Positions 25,787-35,342 of a stretch of DNA of 63,067 nt are shown one piece after another; the first letter of the stretch is position 1; each line of letters opens with the position of its first letter. This DNA comes from a virus. Its lineage: Duplodnaviria > Caudoviricetes. The notes beneath the pieces were generated by a model. That model did no database searches. It saw only the letters and a list, made by a program, of their open reading frames with translations, and had not been told where the DNA came from. The DNA lies in IMG/VR virus record IMGVR_UViG_3300017963_000288, positions 1 to 63,067 of that record; one strand, given 5' to 3'. Position numbers and translations under genes: made by a program.

Positions 25787-26193
25787 GCGCAACAACACAT
25801 ATGCGAAGACGGTTTGAGTTTGTCGGCAACGGCAGCAGCAAGTTTTGGCAGGTTGAGGTTGTCGATCAAACACCGGGCGATTGTCGCCTCGTGATTGGGT
25901 GGGGGCGAATCGGCGCTCGTGGACAGGAGAAGGTATTTGCCTTCCGTTCGCACCGTCAGGCCACATCGGAAGCGGAACGTCGCATTATTGGAAAGCTGCG
26001 GAAGGGCTACCAAGAGGTAACGTCTGGTCGGACGTTTTCGAGCGGCGAACGCACTCGCCATCCTCAGATGGAACAAACAGTAGGTGCGGCAATTAAGCTG
26101 CCAGAAACGACAAGAGCGAAAGTCGCACGCCGGGAGCAAGGCCGCAAACCTACAACCGTCGTGCGTCAAATTGTTTTTGACGAGGATGAGTAA
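25783..26193 (+). CDS. WGR-domain protein
   Basis: SSKFWQV...WGRIGARGQ...KLRKGY. Confidence 0.9.
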   Translation: MSATTHMRRRFEFVGNGSSKFWQVEVVDQTPGDCRLVIGWGRIGARGQEKVFAFRSHRQATSEAERRIIGKLRKGYQEVTSGRTFSSGERTRHPQMEQTVGAAIKLPETTRAKVARREQGRKPTTVVRQIVFDEDE

Positions 26194-26216
26194 TAGAAGC
26201 CGCCGAAGGGGGAGTG

Positions 26217-26366
26217 ATGCGAATAAAAATACGTTTGATATTCGCATGGTACGATCTGTGGGTTGGCGTGTTCATCGACACTCGGAAGCGGCGATTGTAC
26301 GTGTTTCCGCTGCCGTGTTTTGGGCTGGTGATTTCGTTAGCCACTAAAGCGGCAAAGGAGGAGTGA
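26217..26366 (+). CDS. 49-aa small protein (below the ORF-track cutoff)
   Basis: Manual translation MRIKIRLIFAWYDLWVGVFIDTRKRRLYVFPLPCFGLVISLATKAAKEE; GGGAG RBS; TGATG coupling to the next gene. Confidence 0.7.
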   Translation: MRIKIRLIFAWYDLWVGVFIDTRKRRLYVFPLPCFGLVISLATKAAKEE

Positions 26367-26668
26367 TGACGCTAGTTGAGCAGTTGCGGTGGGCATCTAT
26401 TGGTGAGTATGCCATGCCCACGCGAGCGACTTGCAGCAAAGCCGCTGATGCCATTGAGCGGTTGGAAGCCGAGAACGCGAAACTGCGGGAAACCGTGCAA
26501 TTCATTTGCCAACAACTCCAGATGCACTCACCCAAAATGGACGGGTCGCATAGCTGGCGATGGCGAGGTGGATGGCCGATGTCGGCGGTGCGTGCCGCTA
26601 CGGCGAATGAGGCGATAGTGAGGGCCATGTACTTAGTACGTGAAGCCGAACAGGCAAAGGAGGAGTGA
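26366..26668 (+). CDS. hypothetical protein (cassette array)
   Basis: Ends in AEQAKEE; TGATG coupling. Confidence 0.7.
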   Translation: MTLVEQLRWASIGEYAMPTRATCSKAADAIERLEAENAKLRETVQFICQQLQMHSPKMDGSHSWRWRGGWPMSAVRAATANEAIVRAMYLVREAEQAKEE

Positions 26669-27051
26669 TGATGAGCGAACTGGCGGAACGATTGAAAATC
26701 CATAAGGCTCCCGCAGACGCCATTGCTGCCGTCGCCGAACTAGAGGCCGAGGTGAAACGCCGCGCCGCCGAGCTTGCAGCGTGCGAAGCAACACTCGTCG
26801 CCGAAAATGACCATTTTACATTTCGCCTTGCCGCCCTGGAAATCGAGAACGTGAAGTTGCGCGAGATAGCCGACGCCCTTCTCGCGCGACAATATGACCT
26901 CGTTAGACTAAGGGCAGACGGTCGCGCGGCTTTCCTGGAGTGCGTTTTGTGCGGTGCGACACACCCGGACGAGCCGGGCGCATTCTTCGTTTTCCGTCAC
27001 GCGAACGATTGCCCGGTCACACTAGCCGCCGAACAGGCAAAGGAGGAGTGA
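26668..27051 (+). CDS. hypothetical protein (cassette array)
   Basis: Ends in AEQAKEE; CVLC...H..C. Confidence 0.7.
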   Translation: MMSELAERLKIHKAPADAIAAVAELEAEVKRRAAELAACEATLVAENDHFTFRLAALEIENVKLREIADALLARQYDLVRLRADGRAAFLECVLCGATHPDEPGAFFVFRHANDCPVTLAAEQAKEE

Positions 27052-27338
27052 TGAGCGAACGCAGCCTAGACGGCACCCGCTGCCGCCACTGCAACTATTT
27101 TCCATGTCGTTGCAGGGAGATTGTGGATTCTTTGCCTAAGACAAAAGACGGGGTGCCGATTTGGATTGGTGACACTGTCTGGATTCTCGGCGAGGATCGG
27201 CAAATCGACAAGATCGTGATAACCGGCATCCTTATGACGGTGGGCTTAATGCGGCTAGAAAACGCCGAGGACATTGACGCATACCCCGAGTGGGCATACT
27301 CCACCAGCGAAGCCGCCGAACAGGCAAAGGAGGAGTGA
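27051..27338 (+). CDS. hypothetical protein (cassette array)
   Basis: Starts MSERS, ends AEQAKEE. Confidence 0.7.
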   Translation: MSERSLDGTRCRHCNYFPCRCREIVDSLPKTKDGVPIWIGDTVWILGEDRQIDKIVITGILMTVGLMRLENAEDIDAYPEWAYSTSEAAEQAKEE

Positions 27339-27372
27339 GTGGTGGACGAGGGGGGAAGGTATAATAAGAACT

Positions 27373-28188
27373 ATGAGTGACCAAATTGACCATCTATCGA
27401 CAACGCAACTCCTAATGTTGGCACGTTGTCCACATCAATGGAAGCGACGGTACGCGGATGGTGATCGCCGCCCTCCCGGTATTGCACTTCTCGTCGGTGG
27501 TAGTGCCCATCGTGGCTACGAAATAGCCATGGAACACAAGTTGACCCACCATACCGATTTGCGGGCAACTGACGTAGTTGATGCGGCTGTGGCGGCGTTC
27601 GACTCACACCGCACACAAGAGGACATCACATTCACGGCAGACGAGGCGGCTCGCGGGTCACGGATTGTTATTGCGGAAACGCGGGATCGCATTGCGGCAC
27701 TCACGCACTTCTGGTCACTAAACGTCCAGCCAGATTATCAACCAATGTCCGTGGAACAGGAATGGCGGATTTTGCTGCCAAAGCTAGGGACGGCACTTGT
27801 TGGCGTTACCGACATGGTTACGGTCAACCGGGAAGTCGTGGACTGGAAAACTGGCAAGCGGCGAATATCACGCAGAGAATGTGATACCTCCCTGCAATTG
27901 ACCGCCTACGCGTTTGCGTTCCATAAAGCCTATGGTGAGCCACCCGTAAACGTCCGATTTGAGCAATTGGCGGAAGTCGAGGCGGCGACCCAGCGATATA
28001 ACCTTGTGTCGGTAAGATCGTGGCGTGACTATACGTGCCTTCTTGCTCGCTGTGAACAGGCGGTGCGGCTTATCCGAACAGGCATTTTTCCACCGGGCCT
28101 ACCGGGCCAATGGTGGTGTTCCCAAAAATGGTGCGGATACGCATCTACGTGCCCGTACTACAACCCAGAACGAGACAGGGAGACATGA
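27373..28188 (+). CDS. PD-(D/E)XK RecB/Cas4-like exonuclease
   Basis: HLS...CP, GVTDMV...VVDWKTG, QLTAY, C..WCGY...CP. Confidence 0.85.
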   Translation: MSDQIDHLSTTQLLMLARCPHQWKRRYADGDRRPPGIALLVGGSAHRGYEIAMEHKLTHHTDLRATDVVDAAVAAFDSHRTQEDITFTADEAARGSRIVIAETRDRIAALTHFWSLNVQPDYQPMSVEQEWRILLPKLGTALVGVTDMVTVNREVVDWKTGKRRISRRECDTSLQLTAYAFAFHKAYGEPPVNVRFEQLAEVEAATQRYNLVSVRSWRDYTCLLARCEQAVRLIRTGIFPPGLPGQWWCSQKWCGYASTCPYYNPERDRET

Positions 28189-28979
28189 TGAGTAAAGCGC
28201 AAGCCCCACAAGAACGCGAAGTGGAAAAGGTCGGCGTGAGTTCGGATCGTCTACACGCGGCGGTTTCCGAAATCAAAGGGCGGCTGTCAGAGGTCGCACC
28301 ACATGGCTATGACATTCAGCGACTTGAAGATATGACGGTGCAAGTCGTGCGAACGGGTTACAATCTATCAAAATGTTCCATGCGATCACTCCAGGGGGCA
28401 CTATTCCATTGCGCGAGACTCGGACTCTACCCTGGTGACCGACAACAGTGTTTTCTGTTGGCCCGCAACCTCAAAAACGGTGGATACGTTGTTCAATTTC
28501 AAATGGGCTACCAGGGGTATCTCGAATTGGCTCGGCGTTCCGGTGAAATCGAGAAGATCGAGGCTCGCGTCGTTCACGAAAACGACGACTTCGCGTGGGA
28601 ATATGGCACATCTCCATTTATACGGCATGTCGGCAACCTCAACCCAACAGAGGAAAAGTTCAAGGCATGCTATGCCGTCGCTAAACTGTCTGGAGTCGAC
28701 GAGAAGCAATTCGTGGTGATGGTGCCATACGAAATCGCGAAGATTCGTTCGTGCGCCATAATGAATGCGCAATCTCCGTGGATCAAGTGGGAGGCGTCCA
28801 TGTGGCGGAAATCCGCCATCATTCAACTTTGTAAATTGCTCCCGACCAGCACCGAACTGGCTTATGCCATATCTCGTGACCAAGAGGCCGATGCAGGCAT
28901 CACGCAGCCCAACCCGTTGGCGAATCGGGACGATCATCGCGACACACCAGAGGACATACTAAATGACGACTCCGAGTAG
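28185..28979 (+). CDS. recT: RecT-family single-strand annealing protein
   Basis: GLYP...QFQMGYQGYLELARRSGEI...VHENDDF...MWRKSAIIQLCKLLP. Confidence 0.9.
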   Translation: MMSKAQAPQEREVEKVGVSSDRLHAAVSEIKGRLSEVAPHGYDIQRLEDMTVQVVRTGYNLSKCSMRSLQGALFHCARLGLYPGDRQQCFLLARNLKNGGYVVQFQMGYQGYLELARRSGEIEKIEARVVHENDDFAWEYGTSPFIRHVGNLNPTEEKFKACYAVAKLSGVDEKQFVVMVPYEIAKIRSCAIMNAQSPWIKWEASMWRKSAIIQLCKLLPTSTELAYAISRDQEADAGITQPNPLANRDDHRDTPEDILNDDSE

Positions 28980-29235
28980 ACAATTCTCGTCGTGCGGTCC
29001 CGTATTGGTCGCCACATCGTTTGGTATCTTCTCTGGTGAGCGGCTGGGTGGTGCTCTCGACGGACAAGAAGTTTTGGTTTTGCAGTTCGTCGGTGCCGAT
29101 GGGCAGACTGACAGCGAACTTGTGACGGCAGAACAGGCGAAGGGTATTGTAACGCACATTCTGGAGGCTCTTTGTGTATCATCAAACCATAAACAATGGG
29201 CAGCCACTTTGTTGGCAGCCGGAAAGGAAGGGTGA
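28963..29235 (+). CDS. hypothetical protein
   Basis: Fills the gap between co-oriented genes. Confidence 0.45.
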   Translation: MTTPSRQFSSCGPVLVATSFGIFSGERLGGALDGQEVLVLQFVGADGQTDSELVTAEQAKGIVTHILEALCVSSNHKQWAATLLAAGKEG

Positions 29236-29239
29236 TAGT

Positions 29240-29755
29240 ATGGCGATATTACGAGGCGATGGGGAATTGACTCCCGACGAATTTCTGGCGATACAGATTC
29301 TCGGCAGGGAGTCATACAAACACCGCAGTCGCGTGACACCTGGACGAGCGAAACCAATAGACATCCTTTTGCGAATTCAGGGCACACTGACTGTCGGTGA
29401 GCCGGGGGTAACGCACAGCAAAAAGTCGCCAAATGCAGTTAGGGTACTTGCGTACCTACTCGAAACGCTCTCGCCCGATGCAGCGGATGCAATCAACAAT
29501 GCTATCCTCGACTTGCCCGCTGCGGAAGACAGTGACACCCTACCGACCGACATCACCGAGGGGTATGTGGCGAGAGCAAAAACATTGATTTCACGGATCA
29601 CACCAACGACGACCGGCCACCGCAACGGCGCGACGAGCGGCAACTTCAATATCGGCCTCGTCGACCAGGACGCCCTCGAACAATCCGTCAGCGTGGCCGT
29701 CAGAGAATCGACACGGACGATCCGCTTTGACGAAGACGAACAAGTCACGGAGTAA
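29240..29755 (+). CDS. hypothetical protein
   Basis: Co-oriented ORF; C-terminal RTIRFDEDE. Confidence 0.65.
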   Translation: MAILRGDGELTPDEFLAIQILGRESYKHRSRVTPGRAKPIDILLRIQGTLTVGEPGVTHSKKSPNAVRVLAYLLETLSPDAADAINNAILDLPAAEDSDTLPTDITEGYVARAKTLISRITPTTTGHRNGATSGNFNIGLVDQDALEQSVSVAVRESTRTIRFDEDEQVTE

Positions 29756-29763
29756 TCACCAGC

Positions 29764-30156
29764 ATGAAGATACTCAAGATCGTCGTGCCCGGTGTACCGA
29801 TGGCAAAACCACGGATGACTCGCCGCGACAAGTGGCGTTTGCGACCATGCGTGGCGAGGTACCGTGAGTTCGCTGATCGTGTTCGTAAGGCAGTTGGGCC
29901 TCGCATTATCGAGCCAACAAAGGTGTTGCGGCTTGATTGGCTCGCGACATTTACACCACCGAAACGATGGTCCAAAAAAGACCGCGAAGCGGCAATTGGC
30001 ACTATCCATCGCCAAAGGCCGGATCGCGACAACCTCGACAAGGCGGTTCTTGACTGTCTATTTAGTCGTGGTGACGAGGCAATCGGGTACGGCACTATCT
30101 GCAAACGGTGGGCATGGGTCGCTGAATTGGTAATTACAATCTCGCTGGAGGAATAA
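29764..30156 (+). CDS. rusA: RusA-family Holliday junction resolvase
   Basis: PMAKPRMT...HRQRPDRDNLDKAVLDCL...D. Confidence 0.85.
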   Translation: MKILKIVVPGVPMAKPRMTRRDKWRLRPCVARYREFADRVRKAVGPRIIEPTKVLRLDWLATFTPPKRWSKKDREAAIGTIHRQRPDRDNLDKAVLDCLFSRGDEAIGYGTICKRWAWVAELVITISLEE

Positions 30157-30159
30157 CGT

Positions 30160-30900
30160 ATGCAATGGGCCACAGGACTGACGACTGCCCCCCGTGGTAC
30201 ACCGGAGTACCACGCTCGCCTCTTACTGCACACAATCAACAGCGTTCAGAAGGCCGGTTGGTATGACATCACCGTGTTCGCCGAACCGGAAAGTTGTGTA
30301 TCTACTTTGCCGGACGGCGTTGCGTTACACCAGAACACCAAACGCCTTGGGTCATGGCCGAACTTCCTGCATGCGCTCGCAATACTCCAATCGGATTCGC
30401 CGAGTGCTGACTTGTATGTAATCTTTCAAGACGACATCTGGGTCGCCAAAGGATGTCGCGAATGGCTAGATCGCGAACTCAAGGTTGGTCATCCATCACG
30501 ATTGGCCGAAACGAACGATTACATCCTGAGCCTCTACACATCGCATGCAACGCGATTGCCGTCGTTGGTGGGCTGGTTCGCCGCAACGGGGCGATATCGT
30601 GACCCAGTGGCTCGTGAACTCCTGGACCCGAATTGGTTTGGCGTCGGGGCTTGTGCGATTGCTTTGCCGCGTGCGAGGGTAATTGATCTTCTTCGCAACC
30701 CACCAGGGCTTGGCTGTTTGACGAAAACCGATTATCACCTATCTGAGTTTTGCATCGACAACGACGTGTTGTGGCTCCAGCACTTGCCGTCACTCGTGTC
30801 TCACAGAGGCAAGGTATCCACATTGGGTCAAAAATGGTCATTGGCGAGGCAAGAGCGGGCATGGATTTCCGACTTGACAATTAGCGAGGGTGAGCGATAA
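30160..30900 (+). CDS. GT-A fold glycosyltransferase-like protein
   Basis: IFQDD motif, PSLVSHRG. Confidence 0.65.
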   Translation: MQWATGLTTAPRGTPEYHARLLLHTINSVQKAGWYDITVFAEPESCVSTLPDGVALHQNTKRLGSWPNFLHALAILQSDSPSADLYVIFQDDIWVAKGCREWLDRELKVGHPSRLAETNDYILSLYTSHATRLPSLVGWFAATGRYRDPVARELLDPNWFGVGACAIALPRARVIDLLRNPPGLGCLTKTDYHLSEFCIDNDVLWLQHLPSLVSHRGKVSTLGQKWSLARQERAWISDLTISEGER

Positions 30901-31010
30901 TACCCCCCGGTTGTCCTGCCCCAATTGATCCATCGTGAAGGAACCAGTCTCCTTCCTGCCGCGCACGAATAACGGAGGTTCACACTTGACCTCGCCAGCG
31001 GAATGAAACC

Positions 31011-31682
31011 ATGCCCACCGCGAGTGCTATCATCCTGTCATACGCTCGGGTGAACAACCTGTCGTCGATCCTCGACTCGTTGCTCATCCTGCCGTTCCTG
31101 GACGATATCGTCGTCTGGCACAATGGCCCTCGCCGATTAACGCTCGCTGACATTGGTGTGGTGGATTCCGCATCACGAGTCGTGCTTGTGAATTGCCAAG
31201 AGAACAAATATACCTGGGGGAGATTCTGTGCCTGCCAGATTGTGAAACATCGGGCTGTCCTGACACAGGATGACGACGTACTCGTTAAGAATTGGCCCGA
31301 TATTTTCGCGGCATGGAAACCGGAATCGGTGGCCGCCGCATTGCGGATCGGCCATTTGCGACAAGATTCGAGGTATCACTGGGGGCAATCACATGAAGTT
31401 CTGTTGGGTTGGGGCTCGGTCTTTGACAGCCGTATGGTGTCGGCTATATTTCAATCATATATAGATCACTACGGGCGTGACCACGTACTGTACCGCAAGG
31501 CGGATCGACTGTTCACAATCCTACACAACCGCCCCCATTCCATATTGAAGGCGAATTTCGTCGAACTGGAAGGCGCGAACGACGTAGCCGTCGCATTGTA
31601 TGCCCGTGACGATCACGAACGGCTTACTCATATTGCAAGGCGTCGTGCGCTGGCGTTATTGGGGATAACGTATGCAGACTGA
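31011..31682 (+). CDS. GT-A glycosyltransferase-like protein (GT2/GT64-like)
   Basis: IILSYAR..L, IVVWHN, TQDDD. Confidence 0.7.
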   Translation: MPTASAIILSYARVNNLSSILDSLLILPFLDDIVVWHNGPRRLTLADIGVVDSASRVVLVNCQENKYTWGRFCACQIVKHRAVLTQDDDVLVKNWPDIFAAWKPESVAAALRIGHLRQDSRYHWGQSHEVLLGWGSVFDSRMVSAIFQSYIDHYGRDHVLYRKADRLFTILHNRPHSILKANFVELEGANDVAVALYARDDHERLTHIARRRALALLGITYAD

Positions 31683-32328
31683 CCCGAAGGCTTCCGCCGT
31701 CTTGTTGTCGTTTGATCGCTTATGCAATCTGCGTGAGATTGTTGATTCATTGCTCGCACAACCGTTCGTCGGCGAAGTTGTCGTTTGGAATAACAACCCC
31801 AACGAAAACTTGTCATGGCTCATCGCCGACCGCGTGAGCGTATGGTCTGCCGGTTATAACCTGTATACATGGGCACGGTTCGTTGCGGCAATGTATTGTG
31901 CGAAGAATGATTGGATTGTAACGCAAGATGACGACTATGTGCTCGGCAATTGGGAAGACATCTGGCAGTCGCGAGATGCGTCGAGGATCGCCACCGCATT
32001 AGACACAACTCATCGGAACATCCACGACAAACAGAACCGATGGGGTCATCGCCATGAAGTTCTTTTGGGGTGGGGTTCGGTTTTTCATCGGTCGTTAATC
32101 CCGGTCGCCCTACACCCATATATTGCAACCTATGGGATCGACCAACCTTTGTTGCGTAAGGCGGATCGTATTTTTTCTATCATGCTTCGCTGCGAACATG
32201 CAATCATCCCAGCAATGGAACAGCGGCTAGTTGGGTGCGCTGGCAATATGGCATTGTACCGGCGACCGGACCACGCCAACCTAACGCGAATCGCTCGTGA
32301 CAGAGCATTGGATTTGACTGACACATGA
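31672..32328 (+). CDS. GT-A glycosyltransferase-like protein, tandem paralog of 31011-31682
   Basis: Shared TQDDD, HEVLLGWGSVF, RKADR. Confidence 0.7.
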   Translation: MQTDPKASAVLLSFDRLCNLREIVDSLLAQPFVGEVVVWNNNPNENLSWLIADRVSVWSAGYNLYTWARFVAAMYCAKNDWIVTQDDDYVLGNWEDIWQSRDASRIATALDTTHRNIHDKQNRWGHRHEVLLGWGSVFHRSLIPVALHPYIATYGIDQPLLRKADRIFSIMLRCEHAIIPAMEQRLVGCAGNMALYRRPDHANLTRIARDRALDLTDT

Positions 32329-34382
32329 AGGATCGACCTATGCGATTGCTATTCGATTTTGCCGAGTTGGAGCGAGTTCGCCCTCGCGACATTGCCAAGA
32401 TCACCATGTACGCCCTTATTGCCCAAAACCTGGGTCACGAAGTATTTGTACACGACAACGGCGGCGCACTAGCGAGGATGGATCATACACGATCTATGCC
32501 GACACTTGCCGTCTCGTTGCCCACCAAATCGCTCACGCCGTGGCAGAACCAAGAGCCGGACGTGTACCTATCCACTGATGTAGGGTTGCGGGAGCGTGGA
32601 CTGATTGATCGTTCGTGGCGTAGAGACACACCGACAATTATTCTCGGACTCCGACATCAGACCAAAAAGAATGAGGAACGAATACTCGCCTGTGTGGACC
32701 TGCTCGTCACAGTCAAACATTCATTAGATCACCCACGTATATTGAGCGTCAAACATTGCGTGAGTCAGCGGGTATTGGAAACGCTAGTTGAAGACGGACT
32801 ATTCGAGGCTTATATGACGGATGACCTCGACGCGATACGTAAAGCATACCCCGCCGAGGGTGAGCGGCGGCTCGCGGGATTCATCGGCTATGACGATTAC
32901 AACCGTCGTGAGCGCATAGCCAGATTGCCACCATGGGTCGATTGTCGGTGGTTCAAAGATGACAGTGTGGCTGGCGGGTATCTTCCTACCCGTGATTATC
33001 TACGATGGTTGGCGGGGTGTAAGGCAGCCGTGGATATGCCGGGACAGCACCCAAAAACCTACCGTTTTACAGAAGCGGTGATGCTTGGCGTGCCCGTAAT
33101 TTGCGTTCCAGGAGTACAGGCATGTACGGTCCCGGTCACAATTGCCAACGCAATCACCTTGCGATTTTGGGCCGATCTGAATCGCCTCGACCGGCTAATG
33201 GGCAATTGTGAGACAATCCGGACTTGTGCGGATTACGCCTACCGTGAGGCGTGGTCGTTGAGAGCCCAAACGAGACTGATGCTAGAGTGGATTTGTCATA
33301 CCGGGACGCGAACCCCGCCCCCGCGTACCGTTCGTGGTGCAAACCTCAAAGCAGATGACTTGGACGCGGAACTCGGGCCATGTAGCGTGGACTATTCACC
33401 CGTCATGGAACCGACTGTGCGCATATCGCACGAGGCGAGATTCAAGGTGCTCGCAATCATCGACGAATACGGGTGGGCTTATCACAATCGGGCGATTGCG
33501 TTGAAGAAATACGCCCCAAAAGATTGGCTATTCACGATCCAGCCATGGCGCGACGTGCGATGGACAAAAGTTACTCGCGCATACGACTTGATTTACCTAC
33601 TCGACTATGCCCAAACTGAGACGGCACGACATCACATCACGGAGCATCATAGCAAGGTGCCTTTGGTTGTTTCCTACAACGCCGATATTCATCGCCGCCA
33701 AGATTGGTGGCCTCGCGTGTGCCATTGGGCGGATTGGGTAGTATGTGTGAATCGGCAACGATGGCTTCACCGTGGCGGCTGCAACAACTGTTGTGCGATC
33801 AGTAATGGAGTGGACCTCACGACATTTCAGCCCATGGTGCCGATAAACGAAAGGCCACACCGCATATTGTGGTGTGGCTCGATTCACGCAAGCGGTGACA
33901 AGGGACACACGGACATCCTACCCACACTAGAACGTACCGCGAACGCGGCTGGATTTATGACGGACTTTCGTTTGATCGGCAACGAGGGCGTGAAGCGTTT
34001 TTCACCAGCCGAACAAGCGGCATGGTACAATACGGGCTCGTATATCTTATGTGCGAGTGCGAGCGAGGGAACGGCAAACACGATCACGGAAGGCGTCGCA
34101 TGTGGGTGCATTGCGGTCAGTACGCCTGTTGGTAATATCGTCGAGTGGGGAAAGAGTCGCACCGATTGCGTAATCGTTCCACGCTCACCGGGCAAGTTAC
34201 AATGGGGGCTTGGTATCGCACGCGCACAACGCGATGACATGGGGCGTCGCAGCCTACACGCGATTCAACGCTGGAATTGGGAGGATAGGTCGCAGTATTA
34301 CTACGCCGTATTCAAAAAACTGATGAAAGGTGAGCCAGTTCGTCCCTTTGTATACTCCGATTGCCAACCGGGGGACATCTAA
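32325..34382 (+). CDS. two-domain GT-B glycosyltransferase
   Basis: N-half resembles 47013-48008; C-half has NGVDL..F and SASEGTANTITEGVACG. Confidence 0.75.
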   Translation: MKDRPMRLLFDFAELERVRPRDIAKITMYALIAQNLGHEVFVHDNGGALARMDHTRSMPTLAVSLPTKSLTPWQNQEPDVYLSTDVGLRERGLIDRSWRRDTPTIILGLRHQTKKNEERILACVDLLVTVKHSLDHPRILSVKHCVSQRVLETLVEDGLFEAYMTDDLDAIRKAYPAEGERRLAGFIGYDDYNRRERIARLPPWVDCRWFKDDSVAGGYLPTRDYLRWLAGCKAAVDMPGQHPKTYRFTEAVMLGVPVICVPGVQACTVPVTIANAITLRFWADLNRLDRLMGNCETIRTCADYAYREAWSLRAQTRLMLEWICHTGTRTPPPRTVRGANLKADDLDAELGPCSVDYSPVMEPTVRISHEARFKVLAIIDEYGWAYHNRAIALKKYAPKDWLFTIQPWRDVRWTKVTRAYDLIYLLDYAQTETARHHITEHHSKVPLVVSYNADIHRRQDWWPRVCHWADWVVCVNRQRWLHRGGCNNCCAISNGVDLTTFQPMVPINERPHRILWCGSIHASGDKGHTDILPTLERTANAAGFMTDFRLIGNEGVKRFSPAEQAAWYNTGSYILCASASEGTANTITEGVACGCIAVSTPVGNIVEWGKSRTDCVIVPRSPGKLQWGLGIARAQRDDMGRRSLHAIQRWNWEDRSQYYYAVFKKLMKGEPVRPFVYSDCQPGDI

Positions 34383-34993
34383 TGACTCATGCCCTTTATA
34401 TTTGGATACCCCGAAACGGCGGCACATCAATTCACACGCGAATGTCCGAAGCATCCTTTGTCCGGCTCAAGCCGTTCGGCCGCGAATACCATTACGACAA
34501 ATGTCATTTTACAATGATAGGCCACCACACATTGGAGGACGCATTGGCTGCTGGCATACTGAAACAGCAACGAGTTGTAATCGCAACAATACGCAACCCG
34601 TGGAGCCGCATGGTGTCCCTGTATCGGTATTGGCGAGGTCGTCTCGGAGGTCGACTGACATTCAAGGACTTCGTTAACCTTGCAATTGATGACCCACAAG
34701 GCACAACGCCGATCAAAGGCGTCGTGAGCGTTGGTCACGCATCTCCGCAATATGATTGGATAACGATAAACGGCGAAATTCCACGCAACCTATCGTTGAT
34801 CCGCTTTGAAATGATACAGGCAGGTTGGCACACGGTGTCGGAAGCTATCGGGATCACCTGGAAGGGGCTTAGTCGTCAAAACGCTTCTGGGGAACCAGAG
34901 GACTATCGCGTTTATTATGACGACGCAACCCTTGCTGCAATTGCGCAGCGTTATGATCGCGACATCACAATTGGAGGTTATACCTTTGAATGA
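34382..34993 (+). CDS. sulfotransferase family 2 protein
   Basis: IWIPRNGGTSI, IRNPWSRMVSLY, RFE, YYD. Confidence 0.8.
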   Translation: MTHALYIWIPRNGGTSIHTRMSEASFVRLKPFGREYHYDKCHFTMIGHHTLEDALAAGILKQQRVVIATIRNPWSRMVSLYRYWRGRLGGRLTFKDFVNLAIDDPQGTTPIKGVVSVGHASPQYDWITINGEIPRNLSLIRFEMIQAGWHTVSEAIGITWKGLSRQNASGEPEDYRVYYDDATLAAIAQRYDRDITIGGYTFE

Positions 34994-35342
34994 CAGGTCA
35001 TTGTTCTATCGTGCCGCCGCCGCCGCTTGTCGTGAGACGGGACGACCAACCGCTGCGGACGAACTTGCGGCGATGGCAGCTCATGCAGAATCGCCATCAC
35101 AAATGGCCCCAACAGAAGTTACGTTTGACCGCAGCTCTGGAGAATTGACGTTCTCTATATCCTGCCCTGATTGTGGCGAGGATTTTGTCGGTGCTATCAT
35201 TCTTCCCGTTCATGAGTGGCAATCGTTAATCGGCCACCCGCTTTGCACATTTTGGTACAATCATGGGCCAAAGATTTTACTCACCCTCATTCCTTGGTTT
35301 CTCTTACTCATTATGGTGATAATATGTCGACTCCTTCCTTGA
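34986..35342 (+). CDS. hypothetical protein with C-terminal hydrophobic segment
   Basis: Fills a gap; CPDC; start uncertain. Confidence 0.35.
   Translation: MNDRSLFYRAAAAACRETGRPTAADELAAMAAHAESPSQMAPTEVTFDRSSGELTFSISCPDCGEDFVGAIILPVHEWQSLIGHPLCTFWYNHGPKILLTLIPWFLLLIMVIICRLLP

Larger units (their letters stand above)
26645..27338 (+). repeat. dispersed 24-bp gene-junction repeat GCCGAACAGGCAAAGGAGGAGTGA
   Basis: Exact copies at 26645-26668, 27028-27051 and 27315-27338; partial copies at 26351-26366 and 26196-26217. Confidence 0.95.

Noticed and set aside
26196-27338. CRISPR array interpretation of the 24-bp repeats next to a Cas4-like nuclease
   Set aside because: Spacing is 290-380 bp and the intervening sequences are ORFs; the nuclease is paired with RecT; no cas1/cas2 seen.
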